Source of the DNA: Myxococcales bacterium
Lineage (GTDB): Bacteria; Myxococcota_A; UBA9042
DNA: 64,000 nucleotides
NCBI GenBank assembly: GCA_037441385.1
Contig: JBBISH010000017.1
Coordinates: 1-64,000 of the forward strand
Direction of reading: 5' to 3'
Numbering within the stretch: the first letter of the stretch is position 1; each line of letters begins with the position of its first letter. The translations under genes were made by a program, and so were the position numbers. The notes beneath the pieces are model-generated. The model made no database searches and was not told where the DNA came from. It saw only the letters and a list, made by a program, of their open reading frames with translations. Of this stretch, positions 19,465-28,293 are shown piece by piece.

Positions 19465-20292
19465 ATGTCGATTCACGCCGGCAAACTCGCCAAAAATCGC
19501 TTGAAAATGCTCGGGATGCTCGACAAGCACGAGCCGAGTTCGTCGCGATCCGGGGCGTTTGACTACGGCCAGGGCAAGCTGCTGGTCAGCCCGGCGTCGC
19601 TGCGGCCGCGTGCCGTGGACCCGGCCCAGCGCTTGATCCGCTGGGTGCAGGCCGCGCTCATCACGCTTCTGGGGATCAAATTGCCGCTCGACGGCGTGAT
19701 GTCGACCAACTTGCGCGCGGCGCTGCTGGCGTTTCAGAAGAAGGCGGGGCTGTCGCCATCGGGTGCCGTCGACAGCGAAACCCTGAAGTTGTTACAGGAC
19801 ATGGTGGGTCTGCCGGCCCCGGCTGGGACCGAGACCGCCCCGCCGCCGTGGGCCGACGCGCCGCGCAAGGCCGCCGAGCCGCCGGTGAAGCCCAAGCCCA
19901 AGCACGATGGCGAGGCCGGTAAGCCTGCGCCGGAAGCGGCCGCGGACCACCCAGACTCCGCGCAGCGCCTGCAAATGCTGGTGCTCGAACGGTTTCTGCA
20001 GCGCGAGGCACTGCAGGCGGTGATGGCGCAGGCCTTCGAGCGGTCTTGGATTCGCGATGAATTGCAGCGCACTGGCCGCCATGGCGACGCGGCCCTCCTT
20101 GCCGAAGTGCTGGCATGGTGGGAGCAGGCCCAGTCGCCCGATCGCGAAGCGCCGCCGCACTGGATGGCCGAAGTGGCGAATTTGGCACGGCAAAAGCCCA
20201 CGGAAGCCATCGAAGTAGCGCGCCGGGCTTGGCGCGAGCATGGCGCGGCACCGGCGGAGCGCGCCGCCAAAAAGGGAGGCGAATCGGCATGA
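19465..20292 (+). CDS. Peptidoglycan-binding domain protein
   Basis: PG_binding_1 pattern WVQAAL…LDG…ALLAFQKKAGL…G.VD.ET. GGGAGG SD upstream. Confidence 0.75.
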   Translation: MSIHAGKLAKNRLKMLGMLDKHEPSSSRSGAFDYGQGKLLVSPASLRPRAVDPAQRLIRWVQAALITLLGIKLPLDGVMSTNLRAALLAFQKKAGLSPSGAVDSETLKLLQDMVGLPAPAGTETAPPPWADAPRKAAEPPVKPKPKHDGEAGKPAPEAAADHPDSAQRLQMLVLERFLQREALQAVMAQAFERSWIRDELQRTGRHGDAALLAEVLAWWEQAQSPDREAPPHWMAEVANLARQKPTEAIEVARRAWREHGAAPAERAAKKGGESA

Positions 20293-20984
20293 AGGGCATG
20301 CTCTGGGCCATGACATTGGGCGTTGCGGCACTCCTGAGCCTTGCGGCACAGGGCTGCAGCCGCCCCACCGCGACGCCCGTGGAACCGGTGACCGAAGCAG
20401 ATTCCGTCGCCACAGCCAAGGCCGACACCACCACCACCCACAGCGGCGACAGCGCCACCGGCGCGGACACCAAGATCGTAGGCGCCACGGCCGGCGGCGG
20501 ACTTTGGGTCGTCGACGCAGAGGGGCAAGCAGTGGGCGTCTTGGTGCAGCGCGGTCACGCCAGCCTGTCGGGCAGTGGCACTGGCGGCAGCGCGTCGGTC
20601 GACATCTTGCGCGATGGCGCGTTGGTCTACTCGCCGCAAACCGGTCTGTTCTTTGGCGTGCAACTCTCCAGCGGCAAGGTCCTTAATCCGCGGTTGGGCG
20701 TGGCCGACACCAACTGTTCGGCGCCGGTCGTCGCCGGCTACTACACCGAGGGCGACGCGATCAGCGGCCCGCCCTACGCTTTTGTCTACAACGGCAGCTG
20801 GTACCGCATCGAGGCCTATCAACCGCTGCAACTGGTCACCTGCGGTGGCACCGTGGCCGATGGCATCGACGGCAAATGCGCCCAACACACGGGCACTTGC
20901 CGCGGCTTCCCCGTCAAGTCCATCAAGCCTGGCTTGCCTCTGCAGTTCGCCGCCCCGATGCAGATCAGCTGGGTCACCAAATGA
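20289..20984 (+). CDS. Hypothetical lipoprotein
   Basis: ATGA overlap, GGGAGG SD, lipobox-like AQGC, Thr/Asp linker, beta-rich domain with 4 Cys. Confidence 0.8.
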   Translation: MKGMLWAMTLGVAALLSLAAQGCSRPTATPVEPVTEADSVATAKADTTTTHSGDSATGADTKIVGATAGGGLWVVDAEGQAVGVLVQRGHASLSGSGTGGSASVDILRDGALVYSPQTGLFFGVQLSSGKVLNPRLGVADTNCSAPVVAGYYTEGDAISGPPYAFVYNGSWYRIEAYQPLQLVTCGGTVADGIDGKCAQHTGTCRGFPVKSIKPGLPLQFAAPMQISWVTK

Positions 20985-21045
20985 CACGGGATCGGTCTGA
21001 ATCCGCTCAAAAAACTTCAACGATTCTTCCGGCCCGAACCGGGGT
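20985..21045 (-). mobile_element. Element B partial copy (right half, reverse orientation)
   Basis: Matches the reverse complement of about 7566-7625 (…ATTCTTC.GGCCCGAACCGGGGT). Begins immediately after the TGA stop at 20982-20984. Confidence 0.7.
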
Positions 21046-21049
21046 GGGT

Positions 21050-21724
21050 ATGAGGCAGACGCCCGCGAAAGCGGTCTTGGACAGCGGCGAGTTCGGCCGC
21101 GCGGCCGCGCGCTGGTCGTCGGATTCCGGCCACCTCGCCGGTCGCCTTGGGGTCGCTCTGGCGGTCTTTGCCGCGGTCGTGGGTACCTCGGGGTGCGCCA
21201 AAGGCTGCAGCGCGCCGCCGGCCGCGACCCTGACCCCGGACACGGCCCCGCGCGCGATGGGCAGTCCGGGCGACATCGAAAGCCAATTGAAGATCCAGTT
21301 GCTCGAGCGCAAAGCTGGACGCGATCTGCTCGCAGGCTGGCACATGCTGCCGTGGCGGCGGCTGCGCAACTGGCGCCCGGACGAGCACTTGGTCGTGCGC
21401 GTGGGCGCCCAGGGGCTCAGCGCGGGCGCGGCCAACCTAGAGGCCGGGCAGGCTGCTGATCCTGACAAACTGGCGGCGTTCTTCTCGGCCCTGTGCAGGC
21501 CGCAGCCGAGTGGCAACCTCGATCGCGAAGAGCTGGTCCTGGCGCTGGACGCCCAGGCGTCGCCCGAAGTGGTGGCGGCGGTGCGGGTGACGGTGCTGGA
21601 CGTGGCGCCCTGGCGAGTCGTTCTGCTGGCCCGCGATGGCGAGCAACTGGTCGAGGTTCAGCTCAACCCGCCGCGTGCGAGTGCTCGGCCACCCCAGGTG
21701 GCAACGCCGACGACCGCCCCATAG
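21050..21724 (+). CDS. Hypothetical exported protein with ExbD-like C-terminal domain (alternative start 20981)
   Basis: TM/lipobox-like TSGC. C-terminal LVLALDAQAS…V…VVLL resembles the ExbD periplasmic fold. Confidence 0.55.
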   Translation: MRQTPAKAVLDSGEFGRAAARWSSDSGHLAGRLGVALAVFAAVVGTSGCAKGCSAPPAATLTPDTAPRAMGSPGDIESQLKIQLLERKAGRDLLAGWHMLPWRRLRNWRPDEHLVVRVGAQGLSAGAANLEAGQAADPDKLAAFFSALCRPQPSGNLDREELVLALDAQASPEVVAAVRVTVLDVAPWRVVLLARDGEQLVEVQLNPPRASARPPQVATPTTAP

Positions 21725-21792
21725 GTGACCAATCCGGCCCGCGGCGCGGAGCCGCCGTCGTGGCGTGGTCGCGGTAGTGAAGGGAGGCTGGG

Positions 21793-22491
21793 CTATTTCT
21801 TTTCGTCGACGCGCGTGAACATGTCGGGCTGGCCGTCGCCGTTGGAGTCGCGGCCGATCTTTTGCAGCTTGCCCTTGACGTAGTATTCCCACGAGTCGAC
21901 CACGCCGTCGCCGTTCTCGTCGCGGCGGCGCTCGTTGAGGCGGTTGACGTCCTTGCCGTCCTCGTTCTTGGTCATCTGATAGAACATCCACGTGTCGATG
22001 CGCCCATCAAAGCCAAGGTCCAACTGCATCTCGACCAGGTTGCCGTTGTCGTACTTGCGCACTTCGTCGACCCGGCCGTCAAAGTCGAGATCGAACTCTT
22101 CGCGCTCTTTGATCTCTTTGCCCGGCTCGCCTTTGTAGTACTCGACGATGTCGATTCGCTGATCGAAATTGACATCGATTTCTTTGCGAACCAGCGCTTT
22201 GCGCTGCAGGCGGCCGCCCTTGCCGTCGCCGGCCGGGTCGTCGACCAGGGCGTAGTGCTTGAACACGTCGGGCTTGCGGTCGTTGTTGACGTCGATGCGC
22301 TCGATGACGGCCGACGTCGACCGCTGTTCCTGGATCGGATCGGCGCTCGCATTCTCGGCCCCGGGTGCACCTGCCGCGCCCTCTTGCTTGGTCTGGTCCT
22401 TCTGGCCACCGCAAGCCGACAGCGCCGCCGCCACCGCGAGAGCACCCGCCATGCCTGCACAAGACCTAAGGATTTGCGGCATTACCAACAT
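21793..22491 (-). CDS. Lipoprotein with multiple DxNxDG calcium-binding-like repeats
   Basis: Lipobox LSAC. Six repeats: DVNNDRKPD, DVNFDQRID, DLDFDGRVD, DLGFDGRID, DENGDGVVD, DSNGDGQPD. Start uncertain. Confidence 0.85.
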   Translation of the reverse strand: MLVMPQILRSCAGMAGALAVAAALSACGGQKDQTKQEGAAGAPGAENASADPIQEQRSTSAVIERIDVNNDRKPDVFKHYALVDDPAGDGKGGRLQRKALVRKEIDVNFDQRIDIVEYYKGEPGKEIKEREEFDLDFDGRVDEVRKYDNGNLVEMQLDLGFDGRIDTWMFYQMTKNEDGKDVNRLNERRRDENGDGVVDSWEYYVKGKLQKIGRDSNGDGQPDMFTRVDEKK

Positions 22492-22901
22492 GACGACCTC
22501 GCACCCCGCGCTGGGCTCACCGCTGCGCCCAACACGGCGCGCAAACGGACAACGCTCCATTGTCGCCGTCGATGGCCAACAGGTCAAGCGAACCAGGCGG
22601 ATTCGGAGCGGCGGCCCCCGCGCAACTCGGCGCGGCGGCGCAGATCGTTGCCGGTCGCGACCTAGCAGAGGCCCCTGCTATCGCGGCTCTGGGCGCAACC
22701 TGCTCGCGGCGGGCGCAGATTCGAGAAGAATCGTATGGGCAGGCACGCACTGGCGATTTGGCGGATCGCCGCGGCAATCGGGAATCGCAGCCGCCCGTGC
22801 CGGGTTGAACGCGAGCTGGATTGGCTGGCGCAGCACACTTGGGGTACACTTTCAGGCTGGCCCGGCAACCAGCCGGCCCCAAGACACGCGACAGGCGGGA
22901 T

Positions 22902-23912
22902 ATGAACTTGCAGGGATTGAGCTTTGTAGTAGACGCCGGGCGCGGTTGGCGCGGTCGCAGCGGTCGGCTGGTCGCCATGGCGGTGCTCGGCGCGGTCTGC
23001 GTGACCACCGCACCCGGCTGCAAGAAGAAGAACGACGCGGTCGAAGCGGTGGACCCCGCTGCCAAAAAGGCCCCCGTGGTTGGGCGCAAGTCCCGCGAGG
23101 CCGCCAAAGCTGTGGACGCACCCGCGCCGGCGACGGCAGCTGTGGCGCCAGGGCGGCGACCTGCTCCGCCCGCGGTCGGTGCGTCGCCGCCGCCAGCCGC
23201 GGCCCCGGTCGCTCCTGCCGCTGCGCCCACCGCTGCGGCCGCCCCCGAAGCAGCCGTTCCCGCGGTTGCACCCTCGCCTGGTCGCAGCGCTGCCCCCGAG
23301 CTGGCTGGCCTGCCGCCCGGCATGCCCCCAACGGCAGTGCCTCCAACGGAATCTGAGCGCGCCCGCGTCCCAGGTCGGCTGGTCGCCGCCCCAACCGTTG
23401 CTCCGGACGCTCCGCCCGAGGCCCCCCGCTTGGGTGGCGAAGCCGCCGCTCCGCCCGCGCGGCCGCTGCCGCCCCCGGCTGCCAATTCCGGTGAGCCCGC
23501 GCTGGACGTGACCGGCTACTTGTCGCTGGGCGACCTGGAGCGGGTACTGGGGGCCAAGGCGGCACTGCGCCGCGCCGACCTGCTGGGTACTGCGCCGTCG
23601 CCGGGTTACAACTACTTGTATTTCAATAAGGGCAAAGGCGACGACTTTGGTGTGGCCGTCCAGGTGTGGCGCGACTCCAACCCGGCCGAGAGTCGCACGC
23701 GGTTTGCGACGATGAAGAACACCTACAGCAACGTCGCACCGACCAACAAGGTCGCCGACCAGGGCTTCCGCGCCTTCTTTGGCGGCGTGGTCACGCTGGT
23801 CTTTGCCGATCCGCGCCGGCCCATGGTCGCGGCGGTGAGCTGCTCGACCAAGACCTGCACGGCGGACCAGATGCTCGAGTTGTCGCGCCGGGTGGCCGAG
23901 CGCCTGCACTAG
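22902..23912 (+). CDS. Pro/Ala-rich lipoprotein
   Basis: APGC-KKK lipobox-like motif, long PA-rich linker, compact C-terminal alpha/beta domain. Confidence 0.75.
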   Translation: MNLQGLSFVVDAGRGWRGRSGRLVAMAVLGAVCVTTAPGCKKKNDAVEAVDPAAKKAPVVGRKSREAAKAVDAPAPATAAVAPGRRPAPPAVGASPPPAAAPVAPAAAPTAAAAPEAAVPAVAPSPGRSAAPELAGLPPGMPPTAVPPTESERARVPGRLVAAPTVAPDAPPEAPRLGGEAAAPPARPLPPPAANSGEPALDVTGYLSLGDLERVLGAKAALRRADLLGTAPSPGYNYLYFNKGKGDDFGVAVQVWRDSNPAESRTRFATMKNTYSNVAPTNKVADQGFRAFFGGVVTLVFADPRRPMVAAVSCSTKTCTADQMLELSRRVAERLH

Positions 23913-24097
23913 GTAGAAAATGCCAAGGGGGCGCGCCGCCCCCTGCGACCCCCGCGCACGGCCGCATCCACGGCCGCGTAGTTCAACATGTTGAGTTTCA
24001 TGGATACCGGGTGCCGAAGGCATGTTGAACTAGGTAGAAAGTGCCAAAGGGGGCGCGTCGCGCACTCTGGGCCCTGCTCCGTGCGACCCCTTCGCGC
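23908..24097. repeat. Imperfect direct repeat (~121-bp period) enclosing a 12-bp inverted repeat
   Basis: ACTAGGTAGAAAxTGCCAA(A)GGGGGCGCG at 23908 and 24029. TAGTTCAACATG (23979-23990) pairs with CATGTTGAACTA (24021-24032). Confidence 0.75.
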
Positions 24098-24153
24098 GGC
24101 TGGCGACAAGCCCGTTGAAAGTCTGCTAGCCTCGCCTGCACCGCGGAGGTGCC

Positions 24154-26772
24154 ATGCCTGCCCCCTTGCATAGGTTGGTCGCTTGCGTCTGGCTGTGGGC
24201 CGTGGCCGCCGCGATCCTGGGCACCCCCGCGGACCTGGCCGCGGACACCGCGCTGCAACCGCCCGAACTCGTGCAAGCCGCCGAGCCCGAGTACCCGCCC
24301 GCCCTGGCTGCGCGCGGACTGGCTGGCGCGGTGGTGGTGGAGCTGACGGTCGACAGCGAGGGGCTGCCGCGCGAGGTGGCCGTGGCCGAGAGCGCCGGCC
24401 CCGAATTCGACGCTGCCGCCCTGCAGGCTGCCAGCAAGCTGCGCTTCAAGCCGGCGACCAAGGATGGAAAGCCCGTTCCGGTGCGCATCCGCTACCGCTT
24501 TGCCTTCCGACCCGACACAGGCGACACCCGCCGCGGCCGCGCCACCTCAGAGGGCCGCTACGACCGCCGCGACGTCGAGCCCACCGCAGGCGGTTGGTAC
24601 AGCATCGTTGGGCAAGTGCGCGAACGTGGTACCGGGCGGCCCGTGGTGGGTGCCCAAATCCTGTTGGACGACGGGCCGGGCGACGCCGTCAGCGATACGG
24701 GGGGCGAATTCCGCTTTGGGGCCCTGCGGCCGGGCGCTCACACGCTGACCTTGGCCGAGGGCGAGCACCGCAGCACCCGCCAGACGGTGCAGGTTGTCGC
24801 CGGCAAGACCGCCAAGGTGGAATTGCGGGCCGAACGCCTGCGCTACAACCTGTACCGTGCCACGGCTGCGGCGCCCGAGCGCCCTGGTGAAGCGGTGCGC
24901 CGCGAGCTGAGTGTCGAGGAAATTCAGCGTGTTCCCGGCGTATACGGCGACACCCTGAAGGTCGTGCAGAACTTGCCGGGCGTCGCGCGCCCCAGTCCAT
25001 TTGGCGGCGAAGTGGTGGTGCGCGGTTCCGCGCCGGCCGACACCCTGGCCGCGATCGAAGGCATCCCGATCCCGATCGCCTACCACTTTGGCGGCATCTA
25101 CTCGGTGGTCAACACAGACGTTTTGGAGGGCATCGACTTCCTGCCCGGCGGGTACTCGGTGCAATGGGGCCGGCGAACCGGAGGCATCGTCAACGCCCGT
25201 TTGCGCCAGCCATCGGCTCAGGACGGCTGGGCCGGCTACGTGGAAGCCAATGTATTCCATGCGGGATTCTTTCTCCGTGGCAGTCTGGGCGAAAACACGC
25301 GCTTTACCGTGGCCGGGCGGCGCTCGTACATCGACGCGGTGCTGGCAGCGGCGATTCCTGAGGACGTTCTAGGCTTTACTACGGCTCCGCGCTACTACGA
25401 TTGGCAGGTCAAGCTGGACCACTGGTTCGGCCCGCGCACCACGTTTACGTCGTTCTTGTACAGCTCGGACGACCAGTTGGCCATCGTCTCCAAAGCACCG
25501 TCTGGCTCCGAGGTTCGGACTGTGGGCCAGATCAAGTTCGGTACGTCGTTTTACGGCCTGACCAACATCTTGCGCCACGACGGCGGCTGGTGGACCAGCA
25601 AGACCACGCTAGGCCTGGTCTACGGCAAGATCGGCGCGGCGGTGGGCTCGCTGCTGCACTTTGACGCGACCACGATGGCCACCGGCCTGCGCCAGGACTT
25701 TACCTGGGGGACTGGGCCGATCCAGGTTCGCGCGGGAATCGACACGCTTCATACGCCGATGTGGGCCGACGTGTACGCGCCGTCGGGCCAAGTGGCGCAA
25801 GAGGGCCCGGGCGGCCAGAGCCAGCGGCCTACGTCGTTCTTCAGCTACCACGGCCAGTTCACGTTCTACAGCCCCGGCGCGTGGTGGGACGTGGTGCTCA
25901 AGCTGCGCCCCGACCTGGAGATCGTGCCCGGCCTGCGCTTTGACGCCTACCGCGGGGTCGACAGCGACACCACCTTGTTGCCGCGCCTGCTCGCCAAATG
26001 GTCGGTGGATCCCAAACTGTCGCTCAAATTCGCAGTCGGCACCTACTCGCAACGGCCGCAGGCGCAGGAGGTATTGAGCTTTGGCGGTCTGGGGAACCCC
26101 AACCTGCTGTCGCAGCGTGGGTTCGACGTGTCGGTCGGCGCGGTGTGGCAGCCGCGGCCGGCAGAAACCGTAGACCTCACGCTGTTCTACAAGTCGCTGT
26201 GGAACGTGGTGGTGCAGACGCCCGGCCTTTTCCCCAACCCGCCCTACCTCAACGACGGTCGCGGCCGGGTGTTTGGCTTGGAGCTGCTGGCGCGGCACAA
26301 GCTGTCGGCCAACTGGTTCGGCTGGGTGGCGTACACGCTGCTGAAGGCGGATCGCCAGGACGCGCCCGGTGGCGACTGGCGGCCCTTTGACTACGATCAG
26401 CGGCACATCCTGACGGCGGTGGCGAGCTATCAACTGCCGAATCACTGGGAGGTGAGCAGCCGCTTCCGCCTGGTCACAGGCAATCCCACCACGCCGATCG
26501 TCACCGCGGCCTACGACGCGAGCCAAGACGGCTACACGTCGGTCAACGGCGCCTACAACAGCGGCCGCCTGCCCGCGTTCCACCAACTGGATGTCCGCGT
26601 TGACAAGCGCTGGGTGTTCAATCGCTGGATGCTCAACCTGTACCTGGACGTGCAGAACGTCTACAACCACCGCAACGCGGAAGGCACGGCCTACTCGTAC
26701 GATTACTCGGCTAGCGCCTTGCAGGGCGGGTTGCCGATCATCCCGTCGCTGGGTATTCGCGGCGAATTCTAG
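24154..26772 (+). CDS. TonB-dependent receptor with N-terminal TonB C-terminal domain and CarboxypepD_reg-like domain
   Basis: PEYP…FDAAALQA…FKPA…GKPVPV (TonB_C), plug VVQNLPGV…VRGS, barrel ending LGIRGEF. Confidence 0.92.
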   Translation: MPAPLHRLVACVWLWAVAAAILGTPADLAADTALQPPELVQAAEPEYPPALAARGLAGAVVVELTVDSEGLPREVAVAESAGPEFDAAALQAASKLRFKPATKDGKPVPVRIRYRFAFRPDTGDTRRGRATSEGRYDRRDVEPTAGGWYSIVGQVRERGTGRPVVGAQILLDDGPGDAVSDTGGEFRFGALRPGAHTLTLAEGEHRSTRQTVQVVAGKTAKVELRAERLRYNLYRATAAAPERPGEAVRRELSVEEIQRVPGVYGDTLKVVQNLPGVARPSPFGGEVVVRGSAPADTLAAIEGIPIPIAYHFGGIYSVVNTDVLEGIDFLPGGYSVQWGRRTGGIVNARLRQPSAQDGWAGYVEANVFHAGFFLRGSLGENTRFTVAGRRSYIDAVLAAAIPEDVLGFTTAPRYYDWQVKLDHWFGPRTTFTSFLYSSDDQLAIVSKAPSGSEVRTVGQIKFGTSFYGLTNILRHDGGWWTSKTTLGLVYGKIGAAVGSLLHFDATTMATGLRQDFTWGTGPIQVRAGIDTLHTPMWADVYAPSGQVAQEGPGGQSQRPTSFFSYHGQFTFYSPGAWWDVVLKLRPDLEIVPGLRFDAYRGVDSDTTLLPRLLAKWSVDPKLSLKFAVGTYSQRPQAQEVLSFGGLGNPNLLSQRGFDVSVGAVWQPRPAETVDLTLFYKSLWNVVVQTPGLFPNPPYLNDGRGRVFGLELLARHKLSANWFGWVAYTLLKADRQDAPGGDWRPFDYDQRHILTAVASYQLPNHWEVSSRFRLVTGNPTTPIVTAAYDASQDGYTSVNGAYNSGRLPAFHQLDVRVDKRWVFNRWMLNLYLDVQNVYNHRNAEGTAYSYDYSASALQGGLPIIPSLGIRGEF

Positions 26773-26816
26773 CCGGCACGGCTGGGGCTTGCCGAGCGTG
26801 GTCGCGCGCTGGGCCG

Positions 26817-28196
26817 CTACAGGCAACCGCTGGTGTCGTACACGCAGCCCTTGATGGGGTCGCAGCTGTCTTTGCTGCAGGCCTTGCCGTCGTTGCACTT
26901 GAGCGCTGTCCCGCCCGTGCACGCCCCGGACTTGCAGGTGTCGCCGGTCGTGCAGCCGTTGCCGTCGTCGCAATTGCTGCCATCGGGGACGGGGAGACCG
27001 GCCGTGCAGCCCGACGCGGGCAGGCAGCCACCGGGGCCGGTGCAGGGGTTGCCGTCTTCGCAGACCAGGGCGGTGCCTTTGCACTGGCCCTTGGCGCAAC
27101 CGGTATTGATCGTGCAGATGTTGTTGTCGTCGCACGGTTCGTTGCTGTTCAGCTTGGTACCGGTCGAGCACACGCCGGCCTTGCAGGTCACTGGGGTGCA
27201 GGGGTCGGCCTGCTTGCACAGCGTTGCGGTGACGCAGGTGGGCAAGGCCACGCCGTCGACGCTCTTGCAGGTGCCGGGCGTGCAGGGGTCGCCGCCGCAC
27301 GGCTGATCCAGGTACGGGTAGTGGGCGACGCTGCCGGTGGTGGGGTCGCAGATGTCCTTGGTGCACGGGTTGCCGTCGTCGGCTTTTTCCTTGGTGATGC
27401 ACAGCTTGCCTTGGCAGACGCCGTCGGTCTGGCACAGGCCTTCGCCTGGGCACGCGATGGGTTCGCTGCTCGTCTTGGCGACGGTCTGGCAGTTGCCGGC
27501 GTTGCAGGTGTCCGTATAACAAGGATTCTTGGTGTCCGGGCACAAGGGTTTGGTCACGCAGGTGCCGCCGACGCAAATTTCGCCCGTGGTGCAGGCGTCC
27601 AAGTCGGTGCAGACTGCGCCGTTGCGGGGCTGGTGAACGCAACCCAGGATTATGTCGCAGAAATCCTGGGTGCACGCATTGCCGTCGTCGCAGTTTTCTT
27701 CTTTGGCGCTTAGGCAGTAGCCCTGGCTGCACATGCCAGCGCCGCCGCATTTGCAGGTCGCAGGGGGCCACTTTTCGGGCGCCTCGGACCACTCGCACAG
27801 GCCGGTGGCCAAGTTGCAGCTCGCGACCTTGCAGATCTGGACACCCAACGCCTCGCACTGGGTGTCGGTCACGCAACCGCCCATGCCCACGGGGACATCG
27901 GGTCCGACCTCGACCTCAGTGGCGGTGTCCACCGGGGTCACCGTGTCGGCGGACGCGTCGTGCGCGTCGGCCACGTCACCAGCGTCGCTGGAGTCCGCGA
28001 TCTCGGCCTTGCTGTCTTGGAGGATTGTGTCGCCGCCGTCGGCCGCCGTGTCCTTGGCGCTGCTGTCCGAGGTCTTGGCATCCAGCGGCAACGGCTCGTT
28101 GCTCCGCTTGCCGGGTAGACACGCCACCAACAGCACCGCGGCCAGCCACAGCCACACGGTCCGGTGCCAAAGGCGCTGAGCAGGGAAAAGCGACAT
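26817..28196 (-). CDS. Cys-rich repeat lipoprotein (CDDGNxCT repeats)
   Basis: Lipobox LVAC, Asp-rich linker, multiple CxDGNxCTxD repeats of Dictyostelium CTDC type. Confidence 0.88.
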   Translation of the reverse strand: MSLFPAQRLWHRTVWLWLAAVLLVACLPGKRSNEPLPLDAKTSDSSAKDTAADGGDTILQDSKAEIADSSDAGDVADAHDASADTVTPVDTATEVEVGPDVPVGMGGCVTDTQCEALGVQICKVASCNLATGLCEWSEAPEKWPPATCKCGGAGMCSQGYCLSAKEENCDDGNACTQDFCDIILGCVHQPRNGAVCTDLDACTTGEICVGGTCVTKPLCPDTKNPCYTDTCNAGNCQTVAKTSSEPIACPGEGLCQTDGVCQGKLCITKEKADDGNPCTKDICDPTTGSVAHYPYLDQPCGGDPCTPGTCKSVDGVALPTCVTATLCKQADPCTPVTCKAGVCSTGTKLNSNEPCDDNNICTINTGCAKGQCKGTALVCEDGNPCTGPGGCLPASGCTAGLPVPDGSNCDDGNGCTTGDTCKSGACTGGTALKCNDGKACSKDSCDPIKGCVYDTSGCL

Positions 28197-28293
28197 GAGC
28201 TCGGTAGCGACGCGCGGGCGACGGGGCGCCCGATTCCAGAGTGTAGACGGGCGGCTCACAGGCGTCTATGCCTTTGGGCGCGCGCAGCCGGCT

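Noticed and set aside
22600..22740. Possible extra copy of repeat A (GCGCAACTCGGCG; a similar reverse match near 37595)
   Set aside because: Only 11-13 bp match and the flanks could not be aligned. It may be a distant relative but is unsupported.
23908..24150. Cobalamin or TPP riboswitch ahead of the TonB-dependent receptor
   Set aside because: No B12-box or TPP consensus could be recognised by eye.
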